Source: Chiloscyllium plagiosum (taxonomy: Eukaryota). From it: DNA of 60,301 nt. The stretch spans positions 637,248-697,548 of the forward strand of contig NC_057751.1 in NCBI RefSeq assembly GCF_004010195.1, in the 5' to 3' direction. Below, in pieces: positions 48,901 through 59,834 of this stretch. The notes below the pieces were generated by a model, which saw only the letters and a list, made by a program, of their open reading frames with translations, did no database searches and had not been told where the DNA came from. A program made the translations under genes and the position numbers. The stretch's first letter is position 1. Every line of letters begins with the position of its first letter.

Positions 48901-51900
48901 TTCTAATGACACTGCTCAGGTTTCAAGGTCGCTCAGAAACTGAATTCAATCTCCAGTTAAGTTCATGTGTTCCCTCCTGAAGTTTATGCTTGCATTGTAG
49001 ATTCCAGATTCCACACTATGAATGGGTACAGTGTATTTGAACATATCACACTGCAATGTAACTGTTCTGTCAATGCAACACCTCCACTGGCATAAAGGTG
49101 CAATCATAATGTCATTCATTAACGCTGGCATTTTGATTCAGGAATAGGGAAATGGATGCCATCTCAGGCAGTTGGGAAAGATTTTATGACAGTAATGCAA
49201 GGATGTCAGGGGAATCTTCTCTGATGAGATGGCCAAAAAAATCCCTCAATAAAAATAAGATAATCTGATCATTATGACATTAGTGGGAACTTGCTGTGTG
49301 CAAATTAGTTCTTTCATTTCCAACATTACAATAGTGACTAGTCTACATTTTCAAAGGACTTCACTGGTCACAAAGTGCTTCATGAAAGCACCAAGTTTCT
49401 TCTTGAATTGACTCTCACCCTCCTGTCTCCAAAGGGCTGTGAATCTAGAATGTGAGCCGGGCAGTGGTGTGCCTCAATGACTTCCTCATTGTTCTCCAGA
49501 AACTACACTGAGCAATTACAGCTTCCACCATGCTGAGATCAACGAAACAAATTAGAAACATCAGGAAGAGGGCAAGTCCACAGTTGAAACATTCACAGTT
49601 GTAAAACTAGGGATACTGCCTTGTGGCTGCAGGATCATTACCATCCAGGCTTATGCCCGAAACATCACCCCGAAATCGCTGTGATCACCCTTGTTCTTAG
49701 AATCATATAATGCAGGAGAGATCCTTTGGTCCACTGAGTCTATCCAATCAAAAATACACCGTGACCTACACTAGGCCCATTTTCCTGCACTAGGTCCATA
49801 GCCGTGAATGTTATGACACTTTAAGCACTCGTCTAAGTACTTTTTAAAGGTTATGATGTTTTCCACCTCAACTACTCTCCCAGGCGGTGTGTTCACCACT
49901 GGTTAAAATTGCTTTCCTCAAATCCCCTCAAGTTTCCTGCTTTTCACTTTAAAATGATAGCCCCTTGTTATTGACCCTTCAACTAAGGGGAACAGCTACT
50001 TTCTCTGAGCAAGTGACAAAGTTGATTGATGAGGGAAGGGCTGTAGATGTCATAAAAATAGTATTCAGTAAGGCATTTGATAAGGTTCCCCATGGTAGGC
50101 TGATGGAGAAAGTGATGTCGCATGGGGTCCAGGATGTACTAGCGAGATGATAAAGAACTGGCTGGGCAACAAGAGATGGAGAGTAGTCGTGGAAGGGAGT
50201 TACTCAAAGTGGAGAACTGTGACCACTGTGTTCAAACAGCGATCTGTGCTGGGACCACTGTTGTTTGTGATGTACGTAATTGATTTGGAGGAAGGTATCG
50301 ATGGTCTAATGAGCACGTTTGCAGATGACACTAAGGTTGATAGTGAAGGGGCCTGTCAGAGAATGCAGCAGAATATAGATAGATAGGAGAGTTGGGTGGA
50401 GAAATGGCAGATGGAGCTCAATCAGGCAAATGCGAGGTGTGCATTTTGGAAGATTAAATTCAAGAGCGAACTATACAGAATGTGAAAAGCCCTGGGGAAA
50501 ATTGATGTACAGAGAGATCTGGGTGTTCGGGTCCATTGTACCCTGAAGGTGGCAATAGAGTGGTCAAGAAGACATATGGCATGCTGTCCTTCAGTGGACA
50601 GGGTATTGAGTACAAGAGTTGGCAGGTCATGTTACAGTTGTATAGGTCTTTGGTTCAGCCACATTTGGAATACTGCATACAGTTCTGGTCGCCACATTAC
50701 CAAAAGGATGTGGATGCTTTGGAGAGGGTGCAGAGACGGTTTACGAGAATGTTGCCTGGTATGGAAGGTGCTAGCTATGAAGAGAGGTTGAGTAGATTAG
50801 GATTATTTTCATTAGAAAGACGGAGGTCGAGGGGAGATCTGATTGAGGTCTACAAAATCATGAGAGGTATAGACAGGGGAAAGGTCTCGGGAAGATATGT
50901 GTAGAAAGTTCTTTACGCAGAGGGTGGTGGGTACCTGGAACGTGTTGTCAGCACAGGTGGTAGAGGTAGGCACGATAGCATCATTTAAGATGTATCTAGA
51001 CAGATAGATGAATGGGAGAAAGAGAGCTTCTTCAAGGAAGGCATCCTTGCAAGAGGATTCGCAGTAGGTTACAATCTTCTAGGAGATTCTCCTGCTCTTT
51101 GGATGCTGCCTGACTTGCTGCGCTTTTCCAGATAGATGAATGGGCAGGGAGCAGAGGGACACAGATCCTTGGAAAATAGGTGACAGGTTTAGATAGAGAA
51201 TCTGGATCGATGCAGGTTTGGAGGGCCGAAGAGCCTGTTCCTGTGCTGTAATGTTCTTTGTTCTATTCACCCTGTCCATGCCCCTCATAATCTTATACAT
51301 CTCTATCAGGTCCCCTCTCAATCTTCTCTGCTCCAAAGAAAACAACTCATGCTTATCCAGCCTCTTCATAGCAGAAATGCTGCACTCCAGGTAAATCTCC
51401 TATTCACCCCTTCCAGTGCAATCGAATCCTTCCTATAGTAAGGTGACCGAACTCAAGTCCTGTACAGCTCCAACGTAATCTCCCTGGTCTCATAATTTAC
51501 ACCACAACTGATAAAGGCAAGTATGTTGTATGTTTTCCGAGAGACCCCATTAACCTGTCCTATCACCTCCAGGGATCTGAATACTATCAAATGCAAATCA
51601 CAGAATGCCTACAGGGTGGAAACAGGTGAATCCAAGCCAGCCCTCCGAAAAGCATCTCACCACCTCATCCCTGCATTTACAGCCGACATATCCCGAAACA
51701 CCACAAACAATTTCTACAGTCAATTCACCTAACCTGCACTTCTTTGGACTGTGGGAGGAAGCCAGAGCACCCGAAGGAAAGCCACACACACAAGGAGAAC
51801 AGAAAAACCCCACACATTCACCCAAGGTTGGACTTGAATCCAGGCCCCTGGTAGTGTAAAAACAATGACTGCAGATGCTGGAAACCAGGTTCTGGATTAG

Positions 51901-54900
51901 TGGTGCTGGAAGAGCACAGCAGTTCAGGCAGCATCCAAGGAGCTTCGAAATCGACGTTTTGGGCAAAAGCCCTTCATCCTGGTAGTGTAAGGCAGCATTG
52001 CTAACACTGAATCAGCATGCCACATGGTGTCCTTTTGTCCCTCGGATCTTCTGAGCTTCCTTTGTTGTGCAAACCCAGGCTCAAAATGAAGGTGAATTTG
52101 TCATGACCTTAGTTTCCTGCCAATGTTCCTTTTCCAAGCTAAATGCAATACAACATACAGCCTTGTAGAGGTGACATTGGCTTAGTTATAGATTTCTGAT
52201 CCTGCACTGCCACCAGCAGGTTTTGAGCAGAACGACAGCACTTCGAATACACAAGCCAATCTCAAAATGTTTATCGGAGATTTAAAATCAGACAAGCTCA
52301 AAAGATCAAAGTTGCCAGCATCTTGCCAGTGCTTTGGAGTTCAAGGAGGTCAAAGAAATAGGGAAGGGAGAGTCTATGAAGGAGGTTAGAAAGCAAATAG
52401 TAGAATTTTAAAATTGAAGCATTACTTATCCTGGAGCCAAAATTTATGAATGTCGGTGAATATGGAGTGATGGGTGAAGGGGTTTTGTACAAAGATTTGA
52501 ATGAATTTGAGTTGCCAGAGTGGACAGTCAGCTGGAGGGCACTGGAATGGTTAGGCCTGCAGGGCAAAGATGTGGAGTTATGCAGCAAGTGAAGTGAGAG
52601 AGGGTGATGTTGGTTATGTCACAGAGGTGGAAAACATGTAATTGTAGTGGAAAAACGTGGCTGGGAGCTCATTGCAGTAAACTATGAAACCAAGTTTGTT
52701 GGTTTAGTGTCAGAATGTCTCCAAGGAAAAGGATGGTGATGCTAGCAATGAAACGGGGTTTGGAGAATTGTGGCAGTGCCACTATCAATGAGTTTACACA
52801 AACTAGACGTGGCCATTCAGCCCCGTCAGTTGTGATATTGGAACCAGAAGAAGCTTTTCAGCCTGACATGATGTATGGAAGCAGGAGGAGTACATTCACA
52901 GCATCCGCAGAGGAGGGGGGGGGGGGGAATGCAAGAGAATGAATGGGATTGGGTAGACTTCTTCTGTTTTATTCATTCATGGGATGTGGCAGTTTCTGGT
53001 TAGGCCAGCATTTATTGCCCATCCCTAGTTGCCCAGAGGGCACTTAACAGTCAACCAAATTGTTGTGTGCCTGGAGTTACATGTCAACCAGACCAGGTAA
53101 GGATGACAGTTTCCTTCCCCAAAGGACATGAGTGAACCAGATGGGATTCTCCCAACAATCAGCAATGGATACATGGTCAGCATTAGACTCTTTATTCAAG
53201 ATTTTGACTGAATTCAAATTCCACCACCTGCCGTGGCATACATTTTCAAACATTCTCTTCTCTAATTTACATTCACCATAATCTCCCAAAGAATTAGATT
53301 GATTCAGATTACAGATAGATTTGGGAAAATAATTGAAAGGTAGACAGAGTATGACGAAGAGGAAGGAGGACATGTTGTTTAAAGAGGCAGTACAGGACCA
53401 ATGGGTCAATGGCCTCATTCTGTAATTGACCACTCCATGGTAACAGCAAAGAAGCTTAAAATGACTAAAATATGTGATTGATTGTGGTATGCTGAAATAA
53501 GGATATAAACTGGAAATCCATGTAGAAAATGATTTTTTTAAGGCTATTTTATTGACTGCAGTGATTCACTATTCAATGTTTAACCACTTCTGTCTCTGCA
53601 CTTGCCTCTGCCTAGGGTGTGCTATGTTCGGCTAAAGCTTCTATTGATAGCCATTCAATATAGGACCAGCTCAGACAACATCAGGTACAGATTGTTCCTA
53701 ATTATCATAGAGTTTATTCTTGAAAATCATGTGCTAAACAAAATTGCTTTATTTGAAACTCATATTACATTCAAACTCATGTAAATCTTTGGGTTACATT
53801 CTTAGAACATCAAACAGGGACAGAATACAAGCAAATAAAACACCAAAAGAGACATGAAAAGTTGCAAACAGAATATCTTGTAAAAGTTTCGCTCTGTACA
53901 TTTCTTTTTCATCATTCTTAGGGTGTGGACGTTGTCAATATATATTCCCCATCTCTAAAAGGTGATGGTGAGCTGGACCTTAAACCTTCCTTAATTGTTG
54001 TTGTCCATGTGGTATCAGAACACCCACAATGCTGCTCAGAAGAGAGTTCCAGGATTTTCATCCACTGACAGTGGCAGGAACTGTCATATAGTTTAAGTTT
54101 CAACCATCTTCAGCTGCTTCATCATTAATCTTGCCTCCACTAAAAGGTCAGAATTTGGGATGTTTGCTGATGATTGCACAATGTCCAGCACCATTCATGA
54201 CTCCTCCGTTATGTCCAAATGTAGCAACCTGGACAATATCCAGGTATGTGCGAGCACACGACAAGTAACATTGATGTGTCAGGCAATGGCCACCTTCAAC
54301 AAATGAGAATCTAACTAATGCCATTTGATATTCAATAGCCATTGCCATCACTGACTTCTCCACTATCAAAATCCTGGGAGTTAGCATTGACAGAAACTGA
54401 ACTGAACTAACAGCTCCAACAATACTTAAGAAGCTTGACACCATCCAGGATAAAGCAGCTGCTTGTTTGGCACATTACCAACGAACTTCAACACTCACGC
54501 GTCCATTATCACTGACACACACAATTGCATGAAGGTGCACCATTTACACAATGCATTGTAATAACTCAACAAAGATGATAAAATGTCGGAGCCATTTAGC
54601 ACATGATGTCTGCAATTTAAATTCTGCCCACCTGTGATGGTGAGCTCTGAACCCATGTCACCAATGCATTTGCCTGGGCATTTGGATCACTACTCTGGTG
54701 GCATACGCTCCTTTGACCTCACCTTCCAAACACAAGTCTGCCATCTGAAAGGGCAAGTTCAGCAGATACATGGGAAGACCATGTTTGACAAATTCCCTTC
54801 CAAGTCACACACCTGATCTGGAAATCCATTGCCATTCCTTCACTGTCACCTGATTAAAATCCTGGAACTACCTGACAGCATTGTGGATATGCCAAACCCC

Positions 54901-57247
54901 CCAAGAGCAATAAATGTTGGCCTTGCCAGCATCGCCCATATCCCATGGATGAACAAAACAAAAATCAGGGATGTTGCAAATATCTCATTCATGTTTTATA
55001 TATTTTAGAAAGTAACTGAATATAAATTTTACTTTGAAGCTCAAAGTGTGAAATGAAAAATGAAGTGGCATTTGATTGACAAACTGAGCGACCCTGAACA
55101 GGTGCAATTCGAACAAGCCTGGGTTTATTACCCTTAAGAGGCAGACCATGATAGTTGTGCAAGGTTAAAGCTGATGTGAAAAATAGCTAGAACAATGAAT
55201 GAATGCAGCTCTAACCTTATAATGAAGTCAGGGAGTCTGGCGAGAAGGAATACATCTGTTGAAAATATACATTATTCATATGGGTTACAAAATCAAAGCG
55301 TTATGTTGAAGGCAAAATTACTTTGTTTCAGGAAATTCAAAAGCGTGCCATGTTGTGACAGAAATCGTGATTTAGAGTGAAGCTTTACTTAGACGGTCCT
55401 GTTGTTTTATGTGTGTGTTTACAGACAGAAACAACAACAATTCAGTTCAAGAGTAAACCGAAACAGTTGCAGATTTGGTAGGCTCACAGATTGACGAGAG
55501 CGAAAGAAAATAAACGCTTGTCAATTGGGCGAATATTTCAAGCAGGAAACATATTAATATAATGGATCCCTATGTGGAATGTAAATGTGGCTATTTTTCT
55601 GTTTGGATTTCGAGAAGGAAAAGCAACTGGAAGGTTTACTCTAGGTTGGAGTTTGTGGAAAAACAATTGACATTAGTCCTCATACAGCTTTGTCATAAAA
55701 TGCAGTCGGCTTGAACTGTTAACTTAGAAACAACTTTACAGAAAGTATGGGAATAGACTGGTAAAAAGCAAAAAGCCAGGACAAGAATTAAGTGAACTGA
55801 GATTGATAAAGAAAAATTGAAGGATCACTTACACAGAACTTAATGGAAGGATCCAACATAATTTGTACTAAGAAGAAAAGCTGGAGTACTGGGGAGAATT
55901 AAAGTGAATTGAGAAGGGCTGTGGCACTTCTTTGATTAAGCCCAGGAGAAGTGAATTAACCTTCATGATTTCAGAAGATAGGGAAAGTCTTTGGGGAAGT
56001 TAAGGGTAGAATTTGAATTTAGTCCATAAATCTTTCAAACTTATAACCTTAAGTTCCTAATGTTTACTTTATTTAATTATTTTTGATACTGTTAAAATAC
56101 ATTTTATGTTTAATATTCCTGTTCGCACTATGGAAGACCAGTACAGAAAATCACACTGTCGAAGATCACCAATAGAAAATCACTATACCCATTCAGCAGA
56201 AAGTTCCTGTTATCCAACTTTTCACAATTCATCAATTATGTTGCTAGGTGCTAAAGTTTCTTGTTGAAGTGTTTCACACCCTTACAGGATGATGTTTGAC
56301 TTGGAGGGGAATTTGCAAATAGTGATGTTCCCTTGTGCATGCTATTGTTGTCCATCGAGATGGTACATTTTGAGGAACTCGATTGTGCTGTGTAGGGAGC
56401 CTTGTTGAACTGCACTAATGCATCTTGTAGAGGGTACACAATCCTGCCAATGTGCATTCACTGAAGGAAATGAGTGTTGAAGTGGTAAATGGGGTGCTAC
56501 TGAAGAAGGGCTCATGCCCAAAACGTCGATTCTCCTGCTCCTTGGATGCTGCCTGACCTGCTGCGCTTTTCCAGCAACACATTTTCAGCTCTGATCTCCA
56601 GCATCTGCAGTCCTCACTTGCTACTCAAGTAGACTGTATTGTCCTGGATGGTGGCAGGCTTGTTGAGTATTGTTGGAGCTGCACACATCCAGCCAATTTC
56701 ATTGCATTTCTAACTCAGAGGCTGCACTCCAACCAGAATGGGAGACAGGAGAAGCAGGGTTATATCCCTCAGTATTTGAATCAAGAATACTCTTAATCAA
56801 ATTGATCCATTGCATTCAAGGTACCACAGGTTGTTCTGCTATAATGTGACAGTTGTGTTCCATTGCAACCTCGCACTGTGGAAAACCGCTGTAGAAAATC
56901 ATGCTGCAGAAGGTCACTAATAGAAATTCATTACCTTATCCAAACAACATCCACAATTCATCAATCCCATTATAGCCAATTTACGCTGATGAAACACGTG
57001 TTAAAGCAGATCAACCTGTATATAAATGCAAGTTGTTGTTGTCAGTTGGTGTGTATGCATATGGAAGCGTGTACATTAATGTTTAAGTTGTATATGAAAA
57101 TTTGTAAGCCCACGCTGACATCATTCATGTACTCATGTTCTGCTTTCTCTCCTTCTCCAGTATACTGATCAACCCAGATCCTAGCATTCTGATTCAGGAA
57201 CATACTCTCGGGTTCTTCATTGCCAAGAAACGTACCCTTGTACAAAG
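15668..57247 (+). CDS. Slo-family (BK-type) potassium channel alpha subunit, divergent KCNMA1 paralog / probable KCNU1 (Slo3)-like; 17 coding exons in window, 3' part (RCK2/Ca bowl) beyond window
   Basis: Spliced exons 15668-15907, 20971-21090, 22879-22940, 25236-25326, 26704-26815, 27482-27557, 28521-28596, 29760-29930, 31244-31335, 33719-33829, 36054-36159, 40053-40135, 43068-43137, 45505-45660, 48386-48495, 53616-53684, 57161-57247. All have GT/AG boundaries and compatible phases, with no stops (1832 nt). Translation aligns colinearly with Slo1/Slo3 from S0 to the end of RCK1. Family call is secure; Slo1 versus Slo3 orthology is not. Confidence 0.95.
16855..18390 (+). mobile_element. Nested CR1 fragments spanning an assembly gap
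   Basis: [43 protein letters not shown]. Confidence 0.87.
17504..18014. other. Assembly gap
   Basis: N run. Confidence 1.
19862..20185. repeat. Degenerate GA/GACA-rich low-complexity tract
   Basis: Purine-rich AGAGA/GACAG iterations. Confidence 0.7.
20971..21090 (+). CDS. Slo channel exon 2 (S0-S1 linker)
   Basis: tgttttag|EIARL...[20 protein letters not shown]|gtgagt, resembling Slo1 [20 protein letters not shown]. Confidence 0.92.
21535..21838 (+). mobile_element. HE1-type SINE
   Basis: GGTGGCTCAGTGGTTAGC tRNA-like head, GGTTCAATTCC B-box, TGTGGAGTTTGCACATTCTCCCCGTG core, (TAATC)n tail. Confidence 0.88.
22534..22747. mobile_element. Penelope-like mini-insertion (near-perfect hairpin)
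   Basis: Inverted arms centred at ~22620, TSD TAGTCTGATAGAGG. Confidence 0.88.
22879..22940 (+). CDS. Slo channel exon 3 (S1)
   Basis: tttgacag|[20 protein letters not shown]|gtaagt, 62 nt, phase 0-2. Confidence 0.92.
24033..24430 (+). mobile_element. CR1 RT fragment
   Basis: [30 protein letters not shown]. Confidence 0.87.
25236..25326 (+). CDS. Slo channel exon 4 (S2)
   Basis: tgcag|..[30 protein letters not shown]|gtaagt, resembling LQIDMAFNVFFLLYFGLR. Confidence 0.93.
26704..26815 (+). CDS. Slo channel exon 5 (S3)
   Basis: aacag|[37 protein letters not shown]|gtgagt, 112 nt. Confidence 0.95.
27482..27557 (+). CDS. Slo channel exon 6 (S4 voltage sensor)
   Basis: tccag|[25 protein letters not shown]|gtaagt, 76 nt. 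Confidence 0.95.
27841..28023. repeat. Long inverted repeat (fold-back), ~90 bp arms, 3 nt loop
   Basis: CAGAGAGTCACAAAGTTTTAGGCCCATCATGTCTCTGCTACTCATAA... is mirrored by ...TTATGAGTAGCAGAGACATGATGGGCCTAAAACTCTGTGACTCTCTG. Confidence 0.92.
28521..28596 (+). CDS. Slo channel exon 7 (S5)
   Basis: tgcag|[25 protein letters not shown]|gtaagt, 76 nt. Confidence 0.95.
28893..29203 (+). mobile_element. HE1-type SINE (older)
   Basis: Same head and core motifs, more diverged. Confidence 0.8.
29760..29930 (+). CDS. Slo channel exon 8 (turret, pore helix, TVGYGD filter, start of S6)
   Basis: tttaag|[57 protein letters not shown]|gtaaat, 171 nt. Confidence 0.97.
30262..30344. mobile_element. Tc1/mariner (Tigger-like) MITE, 83 bp
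   Basis: TA|CAGAGGAACCT...AGGTTCCTCTG|TA, ~20 bp imperfect TIRs, internal GATAATCGAATGCC repeats. Confidence 0.8.
30591..30909 (+). mobile_element. HE1-type SINE (young)
   Basis: Full head, core and (TAATC)4 tail. Confidence 0.9.
31244..31335 (+). CDS. Slo channel exon 9 (end of S6, C-linker)
   Basis: aacag|[30 protein letters not shown]|gtgagt, 92 nt. Confidence 0.95.
32687..32979 (+). mobile_element. HE1-type SINE
   Basis: Head, core and TAATC tail. Confidence 0.87.
33275..33580 (-). mobile_element. HE1-type SINE
   Basis: Reverse-complement head and core. Confidence 0.82.
33719..33829 (+). CDS. Slo channel exon 10 (RCK1 start)
   Basis: tgcag|[36 protein letters not shown]|gtaagt, 111 nt. 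Confidence 0.95.
34539..35283 (-). mobile_element. Solo LTR (Gypsy-like), same family as 2754-3531
   Basis: TGTTACG...CATAACA termini, GCAT/ACAT flanks. Confidence 0.72.
35477..35684. mobile_element. Penelope-like mini-insertion (hairpin)
   Basis: Same unit inverted, TSD TTACC(G/A)CTGCTTATAGG. Confidence 0.85.
36054..36159 (+). CDS. Slo channel exon 11 (RCK1)
   Basis: tacag|[35 protein letters not shown]|gtaaga, 106 nt. Confidence 0.95.
38155..38759 (-). mobile_element. HE1-type SINE with nested Penelope fragment and internal tandem duplication
   Basis: Reverse-complement HE1 motifs. PLE unit flanked by TTTAGCATGG. A ~150 bp block occurs twice. Confidence 0.8.
40053..40135 (+). CDS. Slo channel exon 12 (RCK1)
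   Basis: tgtag|[27 protein letters not shown]|gtagga, 83 nt. Confidence 0.95.
40581..40790. mobile_element. Penelope-like mini-insertion (hairpin)
   Basis: Same unit family, CTGACGAAGGGCTTTTGCCCGAAACGTC core, imperfect TSD CC(T/C)TCCAAA. Confidence 0.82.
41330..42190 (+). mobile_element. CR1 ORF2 spanning an assembly gap
   Basis: [45 protein letters not shown]. Confidence 0.92.
41615..41856. other. Assembly gap
   Basis: N run. Confidence 1.
43068..43137 (+). CDS. Slo channel exon 13 (RCK1)
   Basis: tgtag|[23 protein letters not shown]|gtaagc, 70 nt. Confidence 0.95.
45505..45660 (+). CDS. Slo channel exon 14 (RCK1)
   Basis: tacag|[52 protein letters not shown]|gtaaga, 156 nt. Confidence 0.95.
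46130..46485 (+). mobile_element. CR1 3' end
   Basis: [20 protein letters not shown] plus 3' UTR. Confidence 0.85.
47238..47533 (+). mobile_element. HE1-type SINE nested in a minus-strand CR1 tail
   Basis: Core and (TAATC)n tail. CR1 sequence resumes at ATCAGATTTCCCCTCATCC. Confidence 0.87.
48386..48495 (+). CDS. Slo channel exon 15
   Basis: tgcag|[36 protein letters not shown]|gtgagt, 110 nt. Confidence 0.95.
48655..48874. mobile_element. Penelope-like mini-insertion (hairpin)
   Basis: Inverted unit, TSD ACAATATGATCTAAA. Confidence 0.87.
49995..51262 (+). mobile_element. CR1 RT and 3' end with nested Penelope fragment
   Basis: [37 protein letters not shown]. Insert flanked by CAGATAGATGAATGGG duplication. 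Confidence 0.9.
53616..53684 (+). CDS. Slo channel exon 16
   Basis: cctag|[22 protein letters not shown]|gtacag, 69 nt. Confidence 0.93.
57161..57247 (+). CDS. Slo channel exon 17 (end of RCK1)
   Basis: ctccag|[28 protein letters not shown]|gtaatt, 87 nt. Confidence 0.94.
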
Positions 57248-57459
57248 GTAATTTCCACAAATAAACAAGTCACTCGGTGGTCATAATTAACTATGTGGCG
57301 CAACTAAAATGTCACATTCATAAATGCGGAATGTAACAAGAAATATTGTTGGTACTTTCAGGAAATGCATGTAAAGTTGCAAGCCTTTTAATGATACAAA
57401 AACTGTTGTAAACTTAGTTCTATAGATTAGATTTCAATGCAGTAGCTAGTACATATATA

Positions 57460-58915
57460 AGGTATAGGAGCAGAATTAGGCCAAATTGCCCACTGAATTG
57501 TCTCCACCATTCGATCATAGCTGATATGTTTCTCAATCCCATTCTCCAGCTTCTCCTCGTAAATCTCGATCTCCTTCTAGTCAAAAACGTATCTATCTCT
57601 ATCTTAAATACACTCAATGACTTGGTCTCCACAGCCTTCAATGGCAATCAGTTCCACAGATTCAACACCCTTTGGCTGAAGAAGTTCTTCCTTATCTCAG
57701 TTATAGAGTGTCAGTCTGAGGCTGTCCTCGTCTCTCCTGCTGGTGGAAACATCTTCTCCATGTCCATTCTGTTCAGGCCTCTCAGTATTCTGTAAGCTTC
57801 AATCAGATTCCCCCTCATCCTTCTAAACTCCATCCAGTACAGACCCAGAGTCATAACCACGCCTCTTAGGACAAGCACTTCATCTCCAGGATCACTTTTG
57901 TAAACATCCTCTGGTTCCTCTCCAAAACCAGCACATCCTTGCTGAGATAAGGGGCCCAAAAGTGCTCACGTTATTCCGTATGCAATCTGACAAGAATCTT
58001 ATACAGCCTTAGCAGTACATTCCTACTCTTGTACTCGAACCCTCTCCAAATGAAAACTAACGGCAGCATCAGTGGTTAGCATGGCTGCCTCATAATGCCA
58101 GGGACCTGGGTTCCATTTCACCCTCAGGTGACTGTCTGTGTAGTGTTTGCATCTTCTCCCTGTGTTTGCATAGGTTTCCCTTGGGTGCTGCACTTTGCTC
58201 CCACCTCCAAAGGTGTGCAGATTAGGTGAATTAGTCTTGCGAAATTGCCCTCTCGTGTCCGGGGATATGCAGGCGAGGTTGATTAGCTATGGGAAATTAC
58301 AAAACAGGTAAGGACGTCTGTCTGGGTGGGATGCTCTTCAGAGGGTTGGTTTGGATTGATGGGTCGAATGGCTTGCTTCCACACTATCAGGATTCGATGA
58401 CTACATTTGCCTTCCTAACTGCCAACTGAACCTGCATGTTGAGAGAATCCTGAACTCTCAAATCCCTTTCAGGTTCAGATTTAGAAAGCCTTTCCACATT
58501 TCAAAAAAAGTCTACTCCTTGATTCTTCTGAACAAAGAGCATAACCTCACATTTTCCCGCACTGTATTCCATTGGCCACTTCTTTGCCCACTCTCCTAGT
58601 CTGTCCAACTCCTTCTGCAAGCACCCCACTTCCAAAACACTACCTGTTCCGCCATCTATCTTTGGGCCATCTGCAAATCTGGTGACAATAACCTCAGTTC
58701 CTTTGTCCTGGTCATTAATTTGTAGTTGGGATCCCATCACTGATCCCTGCAGAACTTCACTAGTCACCAGCTGCCATCCTGAAAAAGATCCGAGTATCCC
58801 CACTCTCTGCCTCCATCTTAATTAGCAGCCTCCTGTGTGGCACCTTCTTCTGCCAAATAGATCACATTCACTGGCCCTCCTTTGGCTAACTTGCTCGTTA
58901 CCTCCTCAAAGAATT
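57460..58915 (-). mobile_element. CR1 RT and 3' end with nested HE1 SINE (~58060-58400)
   Basis: QGSVMGSQL, RFADGPKI, EWAKKW.MEY...KCEV. Confidence 0.85.
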
Positions 58916-59341
58916 CTTTGAAGAGTAAGGGGTTCAATGGTAATGAGGAGAAGGATGGAGAATGGGCTTGAGAAACATCAATCAGCCATGCTAGAACAGT
59001 GAAACTGACTCAACAGAATAACCTAATTCTGCTATGAAATCTTGTGGTCTTATGGTCTAAGAGATTTATCATGTGTGATCACCCTTAATGAATCCGTGCT
59101 GACTCAGCAGAATTTTACCACGCACTTCCTTAATCATGGACAGTAAAATCTTCCCAATGATCGAGATCACACTTATTGGCCTGTAGTTTCCTGTCTTCTG
59201 CCTTCCTTGGGTGCGATATTAGCCATTTTCCTGTCCTCTGGGACTCTCCCAAACTCCAAGGAATCCTGAAGGATCACATCAATGCCTCCATAGTTTTAAC
59301 TATCGCCTTCACACCATCTGGTGTGGATGATTTATCCTTCA

Positions 59342-59519
59342 GGGAGGAGAAAGTGAGGTCTGCAGATGCTGGAGATCAGAGCTGAAAATGTGTTGCTGGA
59401 AAAGCGCAGCAGGTCAGGCAGCATCCAGGGAACAGGAGAATCGACGTTTTGGGCATAAGTCCTGAAGAAGGGCTTATCCCCGAAACGTCGATTCTCCTGT
59501 GCCCTGGATGCTGCCTGAC
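59342..59519. mobile_element. Penelope-like mini-insertion (hairpin)
   Basis: Inverted unit, TSD ATGATTTATCCTTCA. Confidence 0.87.
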
Positions 59520-59834
59520 ATGATTTATCCTTCACCAGTTTATGCAGGTGTTGCCTCACAGTTTGGAGTATGAGGTTGTCCAACTATCAAATTGTAAGTG
59601 AAGGATTATAATATCTTTTCTCCTAAATATAATTAGGAAATGTCAATCGCATTCCTTCTAACATGCTTTCATGAAGCTCAAGTAATTCCTATATGAATAG
59701 GAAATTGACAGGGTTGCTTCTACAGGAAAAAAAATGCAATTGATATGGAATACATTTTATTCCAGCTTCATTAGTCAAAGTTTGTTATTTTTGAAATTGG
59801 CATCAAGTAGTATTTAATAAATCAAAGCAATTAC

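Noticed and set aside
15668..57247. Calling the gene canonical KCNMA1
   Set aside because: Too many substitutions at positions near-invariant in vertebrate Slo1; symbol left blank pending phylogeny and synteny
59548..59593. AG...GTAAGT-bounded segment as candidate exon 18
   Set aside because: Translation (CCLTVWSMRLSNYQI) has no similarity to the expected CxxCH-containing exon; the next exon is probably outside the window
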